From the NCBI RefSeq assembly GCF_036971445.1, contig NC_091481.1, positions 10,540,001 to 10,604,000 on the forward strand: 64,000 nucleotides of DNA. Reading direction: 5' to 3'. The stretch is from Narcine bancroftii. Taxonomy: Eukaryota. Below the pieces are notes generated by a model that was not told the DNA's origin, did not search any database, and worked only from the letters and a program-made list of their open reading frames with translations. Of the stretch, positions 50,046 through 62,924 are shown in pieces. The first letter of the stretch is position 1. Each line of letters begins with the position of its first letter. Both the position numbers and the translations under genes were made by a program.

Positions 50046-51333
50046 GCCCACGTGATGATTGAAATTTCTGAAATTAGGAACAAATGATGGACAGGCTGTT
50101 TGACTTAAACTTACTAGTGCTTGTGTTTATGTTTAGCTCAGAGTTCAGGAGAGGATTTAAATAGGATTAGCCTTGAATTTGTTTTTGGTTTTGGTTAATA
50201 ATTTGCCATGAGGACCTGCCTCATGACCTCTGAAACGCTATAATTAGAATCAAGAAAGGAGTTAAATGTGATTGCGACAGCTGTAGAGAGGTCTTTCTGC
50301 AGTCTGCCACAGGGGAGGACTTTGTCGGGTTACTCCTGAATCATGTTCTCCCAATGGCCCTGGAGCTGTTTCTCATATTGCATTATGGGCTTTGTTCATA
50401 TCAGGGTTCACTGAGCATGAGTGGCACTGTACAATAATTCCAAACTACCAATGGATGTGGCCTTATTTGATGTTAAAAGCCTTTGACTCTGTCAATTGAG
50501 AGGGAACGTGACTACTCAACAATTTTTCTGAGTCCACTTTCAGTTCTATTCTGTTGGACAAATTGTGACTATAACCAATTAGTCTATAATAGTCTCAATT
50601 TCAAAGCTCTAATTACTTTCAGTTGGCTTTGGTTGCACAGGCCCTAACCAGACTACAGTATCAAATTGATGTTTTTCTGAGTCCATTACAGGAGGATGTT
50701 ACTAGGAACAAAGGAAACAATTCAAGGATGTGCTGAAAACATCTTGAGGAAAGAAAGCATCCCCACCAACTCCTGGCACATGACCACTCAAAATGGAAAA
50801 AGAGCATTTGGGATGGCGCTAAGAAACTTGGATTGTTTGTCAGGAGCACATAGAAGGCCATCAAAAATTATGGAAGGAGCGAACCTCCTTTAATTTGTTG
50901 CTCAGATCCCACAGAACTGGAGCTGAAGCTCCAGTCATTCTTGGTTCTCTGTGATTAATTAAAAAGGAAGAGGATTTGGATAAGTATTTAGATTTTGGAC
51001 TGGGTTGTGTGCAAAAAGGTGAGTGTTCTCTCTTCTGTTCATGTTCCTATTTTCTGAATTTCTTTTTTCACTGGTTCACAACTTGTTTGCTTTGTTCACT
51101 ATGCCTTAACATCTTCCCTTTGCACTTGTCATCATCCCTTATTTAGAAGTTTCTTTGTTCTTGACGGAAGTTTGAGTTGGGTTCGAGTTTAAGGGCATCA
51201 TGCCCTCTTCTTGTGGGAAATCTTATAAATGGAGTGTTAAATATCAATCCAGTCTTTGGAATTCTTGTAAGCATCCCACTACAACAGAATCAATAGCCTA
51301 TTTGGCAGTCACATGGAATCAGATGGCTGGCAA

Positions 51334-52385
51334 ATCAGAATTTATTGCCATGAACATGTCACGAAATTCATTGTTTTGCCACAGCATCACAGTGCAAACA
51401 TTGATATAAACCACCTTACAAAATAAATAATAGATAATGTGAGAAAAAGTCAAAGAAAGGTGGTGTCTTTGGTTCATTGTTTATTCAGAAATTTAATGGT
51501 AGAGGGTAAGAAGCTGTCCCTTCTCCACTGAGTGCTTGTCTTCAGGCTCCTTTACCTTTTTCCTCAATGGTAGCAGAATGAAGGGGGCATGGTGGTGAGG
51601 CCTTTGAGGATAGAGGCTGCTTTCTTCAGTCACCACCTTTTGTCGATGGCCTCGATGGAAAGAAGACTGGTGTCTGATGTCGCAGGCCGAGTTAACAATC
51701 CTCTGGAGTTTTTTATTTTCCTGTCCTAAATATTGGCACTTCATTACCAGACAGTGATGCAACCAGCCAGAACACTCTTCACGGTGCACCTACAGAAATT
51801 TTCAAGAGCCTTCAGTGACATACTGAATCTCCTCAAAGTCCTCAAAAAGTATAGCCACTGGTGAGCCAATGGAAACTCCAAGGCAGATCCTCGGAGATGT
51901 TGACACCCAGTATTTTGAAGTTCTTGACCCTCTCCACTGCTGAGCCCTCAATGAGGACTGGTTAGTGTTCTGACTTCCTCCTGATGTCCACAATCATCTC
52001 CTTGGTTTTGCTAATGTTGAGTGCAAGATTGTTGGTGAGACGACCCCCCTCCCCTCAACTAGCTGATCTATCTCCCTCCTGTATGTTTCCTCATTGCCCT
52101 CTGTGATTTTCCCGACAGCCATGGTGTCAACGGCAAATTTGTAAATAGCATTTGAATTCTCCCTAGCCACACAATTATGGCTGTACAGTGAATAGAACAT
52201 GCATCCTTAAGGTGCACTATTGTTGATTGTCAGTGAGGAGGAAACATCGTTTCCAATTCATATTGACTGTGGTCTTCAACGAGGAATTCAAGGATCCAGT
52301 TACAGAGCGGGGTGCAGAGGCCCAAGGTTTGGATCCACCACAGAGGGAATAATGGTGTTGAAGGCTGAGCTGCAGTCAATGAATT
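51334..52385 (-). mobile_element. Rex1-type LINE remnant
   Basis: NAIYKFAVDT..YRREIDQLVE fragments; tail aataaattctgat on the minus strand. Confidence 0.8.
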
Positions 52386-52465
52386 GCTGTATAGTTAAAT
52401 ATGAAAGGGATAAATTGGTTCAATAACCCCAGTGCAAAATGATAAAGGTTGTTTTTAATTGGCAG

Positions 52466-52665
52466 GAAGTGGAAGCAGCAGAGTTCCATGCTCAGAAAGT
52501 TATTGTGGACCATATGCACATTCTGAACCTGAGGTCAAAGCTATTGTCAATTTCATAAAGAAACATGGTCATTTCAGAGTTTTCATCACACTCCACAGCT
52601 ACTACCAGCGTTTAATGTATCCATATGGATATACCCGGAAAACTCCTGAAAATGTCAAAGAACTG
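52466..52665 (+). CDS. CPA gene B exon 9 (GSGSSRVPCSESYCGPYAHSEPEVKAIVNFIKKHGHFRVFITLHSYYQRLMYPYGYTRKTPENVKEL)
   Basis: 200 nt, ag/gtatga, His196. Confidence 0.95.
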
Positions 52666-53598
52666 GTATGATTCTCTTTTTTTCATTAGTTCAGGGAAAT
52701 TGTGTCACTTTGAAACTCGCTTTTTTAAAGCATTAATCAGAATGTAACAGGATTGGTTCACAAAACACTTAGTTTCATATGGGTTTGTGCTACAGTTCAC
52801 CATAATCAATGGGAGTTTCAAGATGTGTCTCAGACAGTTCAAATACCAAGAAGTTCAGAAATCTAAAGGAAATCAGTTGTCCCAAACTTGCTGTCTGAAC
52901 TTATATGTAAGATTGCTGAATTCCCAAGGGTATGCTGGGAAATCTCCCCATTAACCTTCAACAAATTAAACCTGAACAGAATCTTTGGTACGATCTGCTT
53001 AACAAAACGAGACTAAATTCTATTGCTAAAGCATGGATGATATTGTGGAATTTATTGACAGTCACAGTGGGGCAGACCATTTTGGTTGTTGCAAATATGA
53101 CTATCAATTCTAGAATTCCCATTTTGATCTTGGATCTTTTATAATCCAGTCCTTACTTTTCTGGGAAGAAAAAGTACATAAAAATAAAAGCTTGCATGAC
53201 TTTCTGATCTCCAAAGCACCTCAAAGCCAACAACGTGCTTTTGAGCTATTGGGATGTAGCAAACAGCCAATTTGTGTATCAGTAAAAGGTAATAATTTGA
53301 TTTGATTTTGAACAATATTAATAATATGTATCAGCCACAGTATCTGGAAGAACTTTACTGTTCTTGCAGCAGTTTTTATATCCACCTGATAAATCAGTTA
53401 GAAACTTGCTTTAATCTATCTAAAAGAAAGCATCTCCAGCAACTCCATCAGTCTTAGAAGTGGTGCTTGAATCAACAATATTCTACCATCTTAGCTATAG
53501 CTAACAATTCACTAACTTTCTGAAGATATTGTTTATTCTGGAAATAAAACCAAGTCATTTCCGATACTGATGGTTTCTGTAACATCTCCCTGGTGCAG

Positions 53599-53683
53599 GA
53601 TATGTTGGCTCGTGAGGCTACTGAAGCTCTCATCTCGCTGTATGGCACTCGATATACCTATGGAAGCATCATACAAATTATAA
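53599..53683 (+). CDS. CPA gene B exon 10 (DMLAREATEALISLYGTRYTYGSIIQII)
   Basis: 85 nt, ag/gtaagt. Confidence 0.93.
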
Positions 53684-54357
53684 GTAAGTTGTGCATCAAG
53701 AACAATGATGGGCTTTACTTCATTTAAAAATTTGGAAAGTCTAGCTGCAACTGTAAGTTGGGTTCATGTAGTTCTTTTTATTTTAAAAAAAATGAAATTC
53801 TGGGCATGCTATTATCACAATTTCTTTCTGGGGTTCTGTAATGAACTTGGAAAATTTACCCTGACTTTGAGAATGGAATATAATATAGGGAAAGGAACAC
53901 TTGCTTTCTCATGTTGGGTTTTGTCTTTCTCTAATAGCAAGAAACTAAAATTCTTTTTAAATCTGTAAACCCACCAAAGGACAAGTAGTTCTGACCTGTG
54001 GTTATACCCACTTATGGGAGTTGGCTTTAAATGACCTGGCCTTCTTGGATCAAACTCTAACCTGTTAATGCTGCATTATGTGTCGTGAGACACTCTATGA
54101 TTATGCAAATAATGTCATTTTTACAAATTTATTTCCAATACAATTATAGTTACAAAAAATTTTCAGCATTTAGTTGGCTATTTCAGTCTTACACAAGTTT
54201 GATAGATATTAGATAGTTGAACTCCATGGTCATCACATTTGCTAATTTTCTTGATTAAAAACAGAAGGCTGGAGAAACTCAGCAGGTCAAACACTGTACT
54301 TTATATTAGCAAAGATAAAAATATATAACTAAGCACTATTTTTCTTCCCAACTTCAG

Positions 54358-54545
54358 ATGAGACAAGTGGGAACAGCATTGACTGGAGCTATAACCAAGG
54401 GATTAAGTACTCGTATGCCTTTGAGCTGCGTGATGAAGGTCAATATGGCTTCGTGCTTCCACGGAGTCAGATTGTTCCAACAGCTGAAGAGACATGGTTG
54501 GCTGTAAAGATAATAATGGAGCATGCTTGCAATCACTTGCCTTGA
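54358..54545 (+). CDS. CPA gene B exon 11 ([62 protein letters not shown])
   Basis: 188 nt to TGA; Ile255 (A-type) and Glu270; exon lengths sum to 1260 nt = 419 aa plus stop. Confidence 0.95.
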
Positions 54546-55256
54546 TATTTAGTATATTGCTCTGTTGATTTACAGTTGTGTAACTGTACTGTTCTTAAAG
54601 CCCTCTGCTTTATGGTTATATTTTTGTTATATTTACACCAAAGGGACTGCAAAAGATTTTTGACACCTTTGCCTTTAACATTTGCTATCAGTTTATAGGG
54701 GAAACCCCCCTTAGAATTTATAATGTGGTCCAATTTCAGTTTATTGGCTAGTTTAGGCTAAGAATTGATCCCTGTGCCAACATGCAACAGTCTCTACATT
54801 GCTCAGAGCTGACAGATTTATTCAAATTTTGGAGTGTTTGGTGATTTGGAGTGGTCTCTGTGAACCTTAAGTGATGAATAACTGAACCTTCAAGTCAGGT
54901 ATTACTATGACCCAACCAGGTTAGTCCAATCCCTAAATTAGGGATTCCACAGATTGTTGAGTTTACTCTGATTCACAGATCTGGGTTTGCTCCACTTTCT
55001 GTGTGAGGGATTCCTCTAATCCTTGTGCAATGTTTTACTCTGACCACTGAATAATTTAACTCCTCAAAAGATTGATCCTCAACTGTTTGCCCAGAGAATG
55101 ATCTTTGAGATAGGACACTTTCATTTTGTACATTGTGAGTAGTGGAGTTAATTCAGTTGTCCAAGAGTCAATATTATCCAGATTAAACTGACAGTATATT
55201 TAATCTTCTAGATTTAAACTGATAACAATTTTAGGTTCCGAATCTACCTCAGTCGC

Positions 55257-55262
55257 AATAAA
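55257..55262 (+). terminator. Candidate polyadenylation signal of CPA gene B
   Basis: AATAAA about 710 nt after the stop codon. Confidence 0.45.
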
Positions 55263-55579
55263 GTAAACATTTAATCAAGAGTCACTTTACACCAAAGCAA
55301 AATTTATTCCAATCTCATCCTTGAAAGCTATGTGTTAATCTTAATGAAAGATTGCTCAAAAACGTTGTTTAGAGTTCAACATTAGTTAAAGGATTTATTT
55401 TATTATCAGGTTAAAAAATCTCTGTATTAGAGACAAAGCGCATTCACTGAGTTCACAGTGAATGTCTTCCGGATCAGATTATGAATTGAACTGGTGAATT
55501 TGTATTAAATTGTAGTCATTCAGGATGTAAACAGACCCATCCAAAGTACCACATCTGAGATGGCCAATTATCTATTTAA

Positions 55580-56274
55580 CATATATTTCGGTGTATAAGT
55601 CAACTTGCAGATAAGATGGGTTCCCATTTTCAGCCTCATTTTTATTGTTTTATCATATATCTGGCATATAAGTTGACCCCTCAATTTTGTTTACAAGAAA
55701 CATGCTGGAGACTGGTGTCCAGGCCTCCCAGCATCAGCGCAAACTTTGTTACAACACTGCAAACTTTGTTACAACACCCCAATTGCCAAATTAAAAAAAT
55801 CTGTAAATTAAGAAAGTAAGTAAAAATAACAGGTTTAAAAAAAAAAACACCTTTGCTTCTGTCTGGAAAGATGCCAAATGGAGCTGGGTCCAAGTGGCTG
55901 CAGCCAGCAACAGCGACTCCATTCTGAACATTTGGTGCAGTGCCGTCCGCATTGAAGAAATTGCCTCGCTGCCAAGTGTGCTCGGTGCAGGAACCACGGC
56001 TATGTGTCATCTCCCAAGCAGGAGCAAGGACCTCAGACTCTACAATTGTAAAATGTCTGGGTGGGTTATGGCAGCATCCAGCGGCAGCGGGGAGGTGATT
56101 CAGGTAGTCTTATACACCGGATCTACACTAAATCGACTGCAAAAGATTTTTGACACCTTTTTTGTTTTAGTTGAATTTAAGAATTAATTTTTGTATCTGG
56201 TATTTAAGTTGACCCCTAATTTTAAAGTGCTCTTTGAGGTTTTCAAGACTCAACATATGCCGAAATATATGGTA
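55580..56274. mobile_element. Tc1/mariner-like MITE
   Basis: TIR catatatttcggtgtata ... catatgccgaaatatatggta. Confidence 0.7.
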
Positions 56275-58814
56275 TATAAATCCCATTTCCCCCTTCTATG
56301 TCACAGCGTTTTCAAAGACATCCAAAAACTTAAATTTTGCTAGATTACTTGGCTGTAGCACCCTTTCATGCATTGTACTAGGTTGCTCAAATCCCCTACT
56401 CCTTGTCTTAAACCCAACTCCCTAATCATGCACATTTCTGCCAAGGGGAATTGTTCCTCCATATGCATGCTCCTCATAATTTTGTACATCTGTCAGGTTC
56501 ACAACCCCTGCTCCAAGGAAAACAAACCGAGGCCATCCAGTGTCTCCTTGTAGTTGAAATGTTCCACACGAAACAGTATTTTGGTGAATCTCCTGTACGG
56601 TCTCGCCGGTATAATCATATCCTTCCTGTGGCAATCAGGATTCCATGTGCTGCTTCAACTATGACATAATTAATATTTTATATTTTGGTGCCATAACCTC
56701 CTTGATATTATAGTTTACTTGTATCTAAGGAATGGTATTTTTATTCTAATTTCATTCTTTAATTAATTAATGATCACCCCTTAAACATGGCTGAAATTTT
56801 CAAATCACAATATCATCCAAGACTCAAGTGTTCAAGAGAATCTTCAAACTCAATCTAAGAATCTTTTGCAATCTGAGCTATTGAAAATACTGTTATTGTC
56901 AACTGTATATTCATAATGTTTATTAAATATAGTACCATTTATTCAGGATATGACCTTAATTTGGGACCTCTAGTTTCTGACTGAATAATTCCATCTTTTT
57001 GCCAGCCTGTTATGAGCTTTATAAGTTTTTGTATATTTGCAGCTTGGGAGACTAGTCAGCATTCAGTTTCTTCCTCTCTGGTAATTTCAGATTTAATTTG
57101 TTTTTCATTTGCCACAAATTTTTTTTTAATCAAGTGCTGGTAATCCAAGATAAAAACAAAAAATGTTTTAAATCCCTTAGCAGGTTGGGTTTCTTCCACA
57201 GAAAGAGAAACTGAGTTAACGTTTCAGGCCAAAACAGGTTTTTTTAAAATCCGCAATGTCTCCCTACCCTGCTGAACTTTTTCCAGCAATTTTTGTCTGG
57301 ACTAGGAGTTGTGGATACAGACCTGTGCCCAGGCTTTTTACTTAAGCTACATGGAACTCGACATCTCTACAAAAAAAAGGAATCTGATTTAGTGAAAAAA
57401 CAACTCAATTCTTCAGCATTAAAACTCTTTTCATCCTACTGTGGCTGATGGAAATTTCACGATACCATCCTGAAATTACACAAGAGAAAGGTGATATCAA
57501 CAGTTAGTGTTTTTTCAATGAAGTTCAGAAAGCTCTGGCAAAAAAACAAGTTGCTGGAGGATATCAGCAGGTTAGGTGGTGATGGTGGGATATGGAAAGT
57601 TGATGTTTTAGGTTGGGATCTTTCATCAAGACTGAATTGGAAAAGGAAGACAGCTGGTCAAGAGGAGGAGGTATGAGATAGAGGTCAGTAGGTGGACCAA
57701 GGAATGAATGATATAAGGCATGGTGGGGGTAGAGGAGGGTGGAGTTTGAAGATGGATGCAGGTGAGGTAATGGTGACAAATAAAAAGGGCAGATAAAGTC
57801 AATTTAGAAGGGGAGAAGGGAAGATATAGCTAACACAATGGCTACTAGTCCTGAATAAGGATGATACAGGTACAGGAAACTTGAGCAAAGATCAGGCTGG
57901 ATAATGGTTCCCAATCTAAAACATTGACTGTCCATTTCTCTCCATGGATGATGTCTGACCTGCTGAGTCACTCCAGCCATCTTTGTTTTCAGTAATAATG
58001 GGGACCATTAGGAAGAGGCAAAGAACAGATAGAATCAGATAGGAAATTGGATAGTAGGAGGGGGATGAAAATGATTAATGGGGGCTGAGGGGTGGGTGTG
58101 AGAAAGAGGCATGATGGAAAGATAGAGGTGGATCAGAAGAGGAAAGAAATGTGAATGCAGGAAGTAAGGGATATCCAAAATTGGTAAATTCAGTGTTCAT
58201 GCCATTGAATTATTGACTGCCCAGTAGAAATACAAGATGGTGATCCCAATGTGCCAGCAGAAAGCCCTGGTTGGGTCAGGAATAAAATAAACAAAATATA
58301 AGTGACAGAAATGTTCAAAATATACTGGGTGTATAGGTTAATTAGGTGTAAAGTCTCATGGGCTAAAATGGCCTGTTACTGTGCTGTATCTCTAAATTTA
58401 AATAATTTAGAAATCTTTGAAAAAAAATGTTGGAATACTCAGCAAGTCGGCCAGAATCTGTGGAAATAAAAACAGTTAATGTTTGAAGTGAGAGGCTGCT
58501 CATCAGAATTGGCATGTAAAATGAGTAGGATATGGTAAATGTAGTCAAAAATCTGAAAATTGAAATTTAAAGAAAAAGAGAAAATGCTCGAAACAGTCTA
58601 GCAGGCCGAAGAGTGGCTGTGGAAAGAAACAGAATTTCAGGTGAAGATCCAGTTCTAATTAAGAGTGGAACATTAGAAAAATACAAAGTCTGCAGATACT
58701 GGAATCTGGAACAAATCATTGCTGGAGGAATTCAATAGGCTCAACATTATCTATGGTTAGGTGAAATTAATCAGAACTGAGAATATGGAGAGAGGGGAAC
58801 TAGCTATCTTTTTC

Positions 58815-59820
58815 ACATCCACAATTTTGAGAGGCAGGTGTTGAAGCATATCAGCTCCTGTCTGAGACACAACATGGATCCATTCCAATTTCCCAATCGC
58901 GGAAATAGGAGCCATCACACTGGCTCTTCACTAAACTCTGGAACACATAGTCAGCAAAGATTAAGATGCTCTTTATTGGCTACAGTTCGGCATTCAACAC
59001 ATCCTTTAAAACTGATGACCAAACTGGGCCTCAGTACCCCATTGTGTTGTTAAATCCTGGATTTCCTTGCCTCCAGTCCACAACCAGTGTGGATCTCCAC
59101 AATCTCCATCAGCACCGGTGCACCATAGGCCTGTGCTCTACTCGTTTTACACCTATGAAATGTGGCTCGGTTTGACAATGCCATTTACAAATTTGCTGAG
59201 TCATCTGTGGAAACAGGTGATGAGTCAGCATATTGGAAGAAGATTGAAAACTTGGCTGAATGGTGTACTAACAACAACCTCTCATTCAATGTCACCAAAA
59301 CTAAGGAGCTGATTTTAGATTTTCAGGAAAGAAAAACCAGAGGTGTACGATCCTGTTATGATTGGAGAATCTTGGGAGTCATTATCTCAGAGGACCTATC
59401 TTAGATAAAAACATATCACCACTTCCTCGGGAGTTTGCGGAGATTCAATATGATATTGGAGATCTCTATAGATATGTAGTGGAAAATGTGCTGACTGGCT
59501 GAATCACGGCCTGTTATGGGTCTGCCAATACATCTGAGTGGAAAGCCCTGCAAAAGGTAGGGCTTTCCACTACAGGCAAAACACTCCCCACCATCAAGGT
59601 GGTGCCCATCAAGGTGCTCATTACAGGCAAAACACTCCCCATCATCAAGAACATCTATGTGGAACACTGCTGACAGAGAGTAGCAGCAATCTTCAAGAAT
59701 CCACACCATCCATCAGGAAAGAGATAAAATGCCACAAGACTCATACCAGCAGGTTCAGGAACAGCTGCTACCCCTCCATTGTGAGATTCCTCAACGACAC
59801 ACAATCAGAGACTTATTTAA
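58815..59820 (+). mobile_element. Rex1-type LINE remnant (decayed)
   Basis: LFIGYSSAFNT, NAIYKFA..EWCTNNNLSFNVTKTKELILDF. Confidence 0.8.
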
Positions 59821-60192
59821 GGACTCCTCAGATTTATTGTCAGAGTACATACAAGACATCACATACAATCCTGACATTCTTTTTTCTACGAGCCAAGCAG
59901 AATTACCATTTACTGGTCATGCAAAATAAATGCACACTATGTAAAACATACATACACATATAAACAAATGTAAATAATTGACTGCAATATGGAGAGGAAT
60001 CCAATTATTTACATTTGGTCCATCAAGTTTTCTCTGCCACTCCTCCATTCTCACCTCTCGTTCCAAATTCTGGCTTTTTTCCCATATCCCTTGATCCCTG
60101 TGATCAGGCCTCTTCAGCAGTATGTAGCAATGAATTCCACAAATCCACGACCCTCTGACTAAAGAAATTTCTCATCTGTGTTTTAAATGGTC

Positions 60193-60430
60193 TGCACGGT
60201 TTGCATAGCGGTTAGTGCAGCGCTGTTACAGCGCCAGCGCCCAGGATTGGGGATAGAATCCCGCACTGTCTGTAAGGAATTTGTACATTCGCCCCGTGTC
60301 TGTGTGAGTTTTACCCAGGGGTGCCAGTTTCTTCCCACCCTTCAAAATGTACCGGGGGGGGTTTAGGTCATTTGGGTGCAATTGTGCAGCACGGGGCTTG
60401 ACACCCAAAAGGGCCTGTTGCCTCACTGTA
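60193..60430 (+). mobile_element. tRNA-derived SINE (HE1/V-SINE-like)
   Basis: Same head and core as 1116-1300. Confidence 0.7.
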
Positions 60431-60829
60431 GGTTGACATTTAATGTTTAAAAATTGATGAGAATGCAAGTCATCGTGGTTGAAGTAAAAACACAAGGCTG
60501 GAGAAACTCAGGTGGTCCAACTATATAAAGATACTTTATATAGCTTCATGAAGATATGAAAAATTGTCGACAGGTGCCTGTTTTAACCATTTGGCGGGGG
60601 TGGGGGGGGGGTTTGAGTGCCTGCAGACAATTCTCCTCATCTTAATGAAAGAAAGGCTCAAGCCCCAAAAGGTTGGGTTATGTACAGGTATGTCTTTGCT
60701 ATATAAAGTACACTGTGTTTTGACATGGATGACATGAGAGGTGTAAAAAAAGTTTTGAACGGTTTTCTTTTGTAAATAATAAAGCATATTTTTGGATAAT
60801 TTAAAAAATAAGGACAACTGCACTGAGTG

Positions 60830-60915
60830 AGCACAGGGCGGAACTGGTGCACGTGAGCGTCCTGGGCAAGGAGACGACGTCACCAGCACCGCCGCCGCGC
60901 GCAACGTTCGGCCTG

Positions 60916-60948
<33 letters not shown>

Positions 60949-61330
60949 AGGAGGGGCGGGACAGTATCTGGCAGCGCAGACACACAGAGACCGAGTTCCA
61001 GGCCTTCGGCGCAGCCGCTCTAAGGTTAGTGCGCACCGCGCATTCTCCAAATTTCGGCCCTGGCGCAGTCGCAAATCGGCTCCCAAAAGCCGCCCGGTCG
61101 CACAAAGGGGTGTTTTACTTCATAAAAGGACGAGAAGGAGCCCCCCCAAAAGTGGCCTTTGCACGGCGGGGAAGGGCTGAAGCTGCAGCGGCAAGAGGGT
61201 GGAGGCCGCAGTGGGCCTGCCTGTTTGCCGGGCTGGATTTTGGCGGGACGAAGCCGGGCGGGGGGTGGGGGGGTCGGGTGGAATAAACTCTTGAGCATAG
61301 GGCCGGGAGCAAGGTTCCTGCGGTGTGGGC
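60830..61330 (+). promoter_or_regulatory. CpG island promoter and probable first exon (donor AAG|gttagt at 61024/61025) of an unidentified downstream gene
   Basis: GC boxes, CACGTG at 60850, CRE-like GACGTCA at 60876, (GA)13 tract at 60915-60940, high CpG density. Confidence 0.6.
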
Positions 61331-61640
61331 TCTGGGGTCCAAATTTCTGTGGAGGCATTTCCTGAAATGGTTAATGTTTCAGAATTCATTCTTGCAGCAT
61401 CTCAGCTGTTAAATATTTCTCATCAAAATGGGTCCCAGGGTGGAATTCTTAAACAGTCCTGTATTTCAAGATTTGCTGAGTAATAATTCAACTGTTGTGT
61501 GTTTAAAGATCAATAACAAATCGTACAGATGGGCCTGCAATTTAACAGAATTGAAAAAAAATCAAGATTTATTGTGATTGATTATATGTGGCATAACTAG
61601 GCCGGGTGGGGGGGGGGGGCTCAATTTTGCTTTTAGTTCA

Positions 61641-62445
61641 TGTTTTAACCCCTAGATTCCAACAGTGTCACCAAATTGTTGGACTCTGGCTTTAACTTAC
61701 TCTTAATTTAGTCTATGTGTAGTCTGAGTCCAGCGCGTTCTTTGAATGAAGTGATAGGAGAAGGTATTCGGTTCAACAGTCAATTTATTACACAGCACAA
61801 GAATAAAACTTAACAGAGCTCTGGGTCAGTCTGTTAGTTCATAGGTCACCTGCCAGTGAGCTACTCCCCGAGACTGACCCCTATTGTCCAGTTGGCACAG
61901 TTTATATAGGTCAATCTTATCACACAGAACAAAAGTTGTTTTCCCTGCTAGATCTTTTTGCATAAGGGTTATCACAAGTCATCTCCTGTTTTGCAGATTT
62001 CTGGGGTGTAGCCTTCCCATGTTAATCCTCCAGGCCAGACTATCCTGTTGTTTAGATCTGAAATTAATTCATCCCCAGATATTTCTAATCACCATACGGT
62101 CCCTGTCTGGCCAATTTCTGCTGTTCTCTTTAACACCTCCTCGTGCCTTAATCTTCCTCCTAGACTGGTTTTCCATTCCCTTTGATTCTTGCGGGCCATT
62201 CTTTGCTCTGATCTGGCCTGTGTCTCCTGTGCTACTTCCCACCTCCTTCAGTTGAGCATTCCTCCTAAATCGTTTTATGCATATCCTCTCCCTGTATCTT
62301 GGGAGCAGCCAATTTTGCTCAGCCAACTTTGCTCCATGCTGTGATTGCCACTTAATCACATTCCTTTTTCCCTGAACCATGCAGTAAATATACACTTATT
62401 AATTAATCATTTATTTCATACTGTTTTTACCCCTAGATTCCAACA
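61641..62445 (-). mobile_element. ERV-like LTR (61677-62445) plus PBS stub and 24 nt of a second LTR start
   Basis: TGTTGGA...TCCAACA termini, minus-strand TATATAAA (about 61905) and AATAAA (about 61786), 4-bp TSD TTCA. Confidence 0.75.
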
Positions 62446-62924
62446 TTCATTAGGGTAGAGTTGCAGGCTTTTACCATTATTCATTTTTAAAGTTTCATCT
62501 TTGTTAAAGCATTGTTATGCTTTTAAAGTGGTTGCAAAGAGTGGCATTTTTTTATCTGTGTTTTATTATTGTACTGGGTAATTTGAGACCATTTAAAAAA
62601 AAAAATCATCTGAGGAGTCCATGTGCTTTTGGGTTTTTTTTTGTCTATTGTTGGAGGAGTGGGGAAGGGTCTCAATAGAAGAAAATGCAAAGCTTTTCAT
62701 CCAGTGTAGTGACCTCGCTCTCCTTCATCTGAAATTTGGAGATCTAATTTTTCTTGTGATGTGGACAGTCAATTTCTTCGATATAAAACTTGGATCTTGG
62801 AAGAATAGCACTGAAACAAGATAATAGAGAAGTAATAAGTGATGTGGAGGGTGTTTGGAAGCTAGTGACTGATAGAAAAGAATGTTTAAATAGGTACAGT
62901 TAAAGAAATGGTGGATCAACTAGG

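Noticed and set aside
48856-50083. 361-398 aa ORFs and a CRISPR-like periodic look
   Set aside because: By-product of a stop-free 19-bp tandem repeat; no unique spacers, no cas genes, and it lies in a vertebrate intron.
32569-54545. Gene B as a pseudogene or as carboxypeptidase B
   Set aside because: All exons are in frame with valid splice sites, and residue 255 is Ile, not Asp.
60536-61389. Several overlapping ORFs up to 189 aa
   Set aside because: They run through Penelope repeat, GA microsatellite and CpG island, with no coherent protein features.
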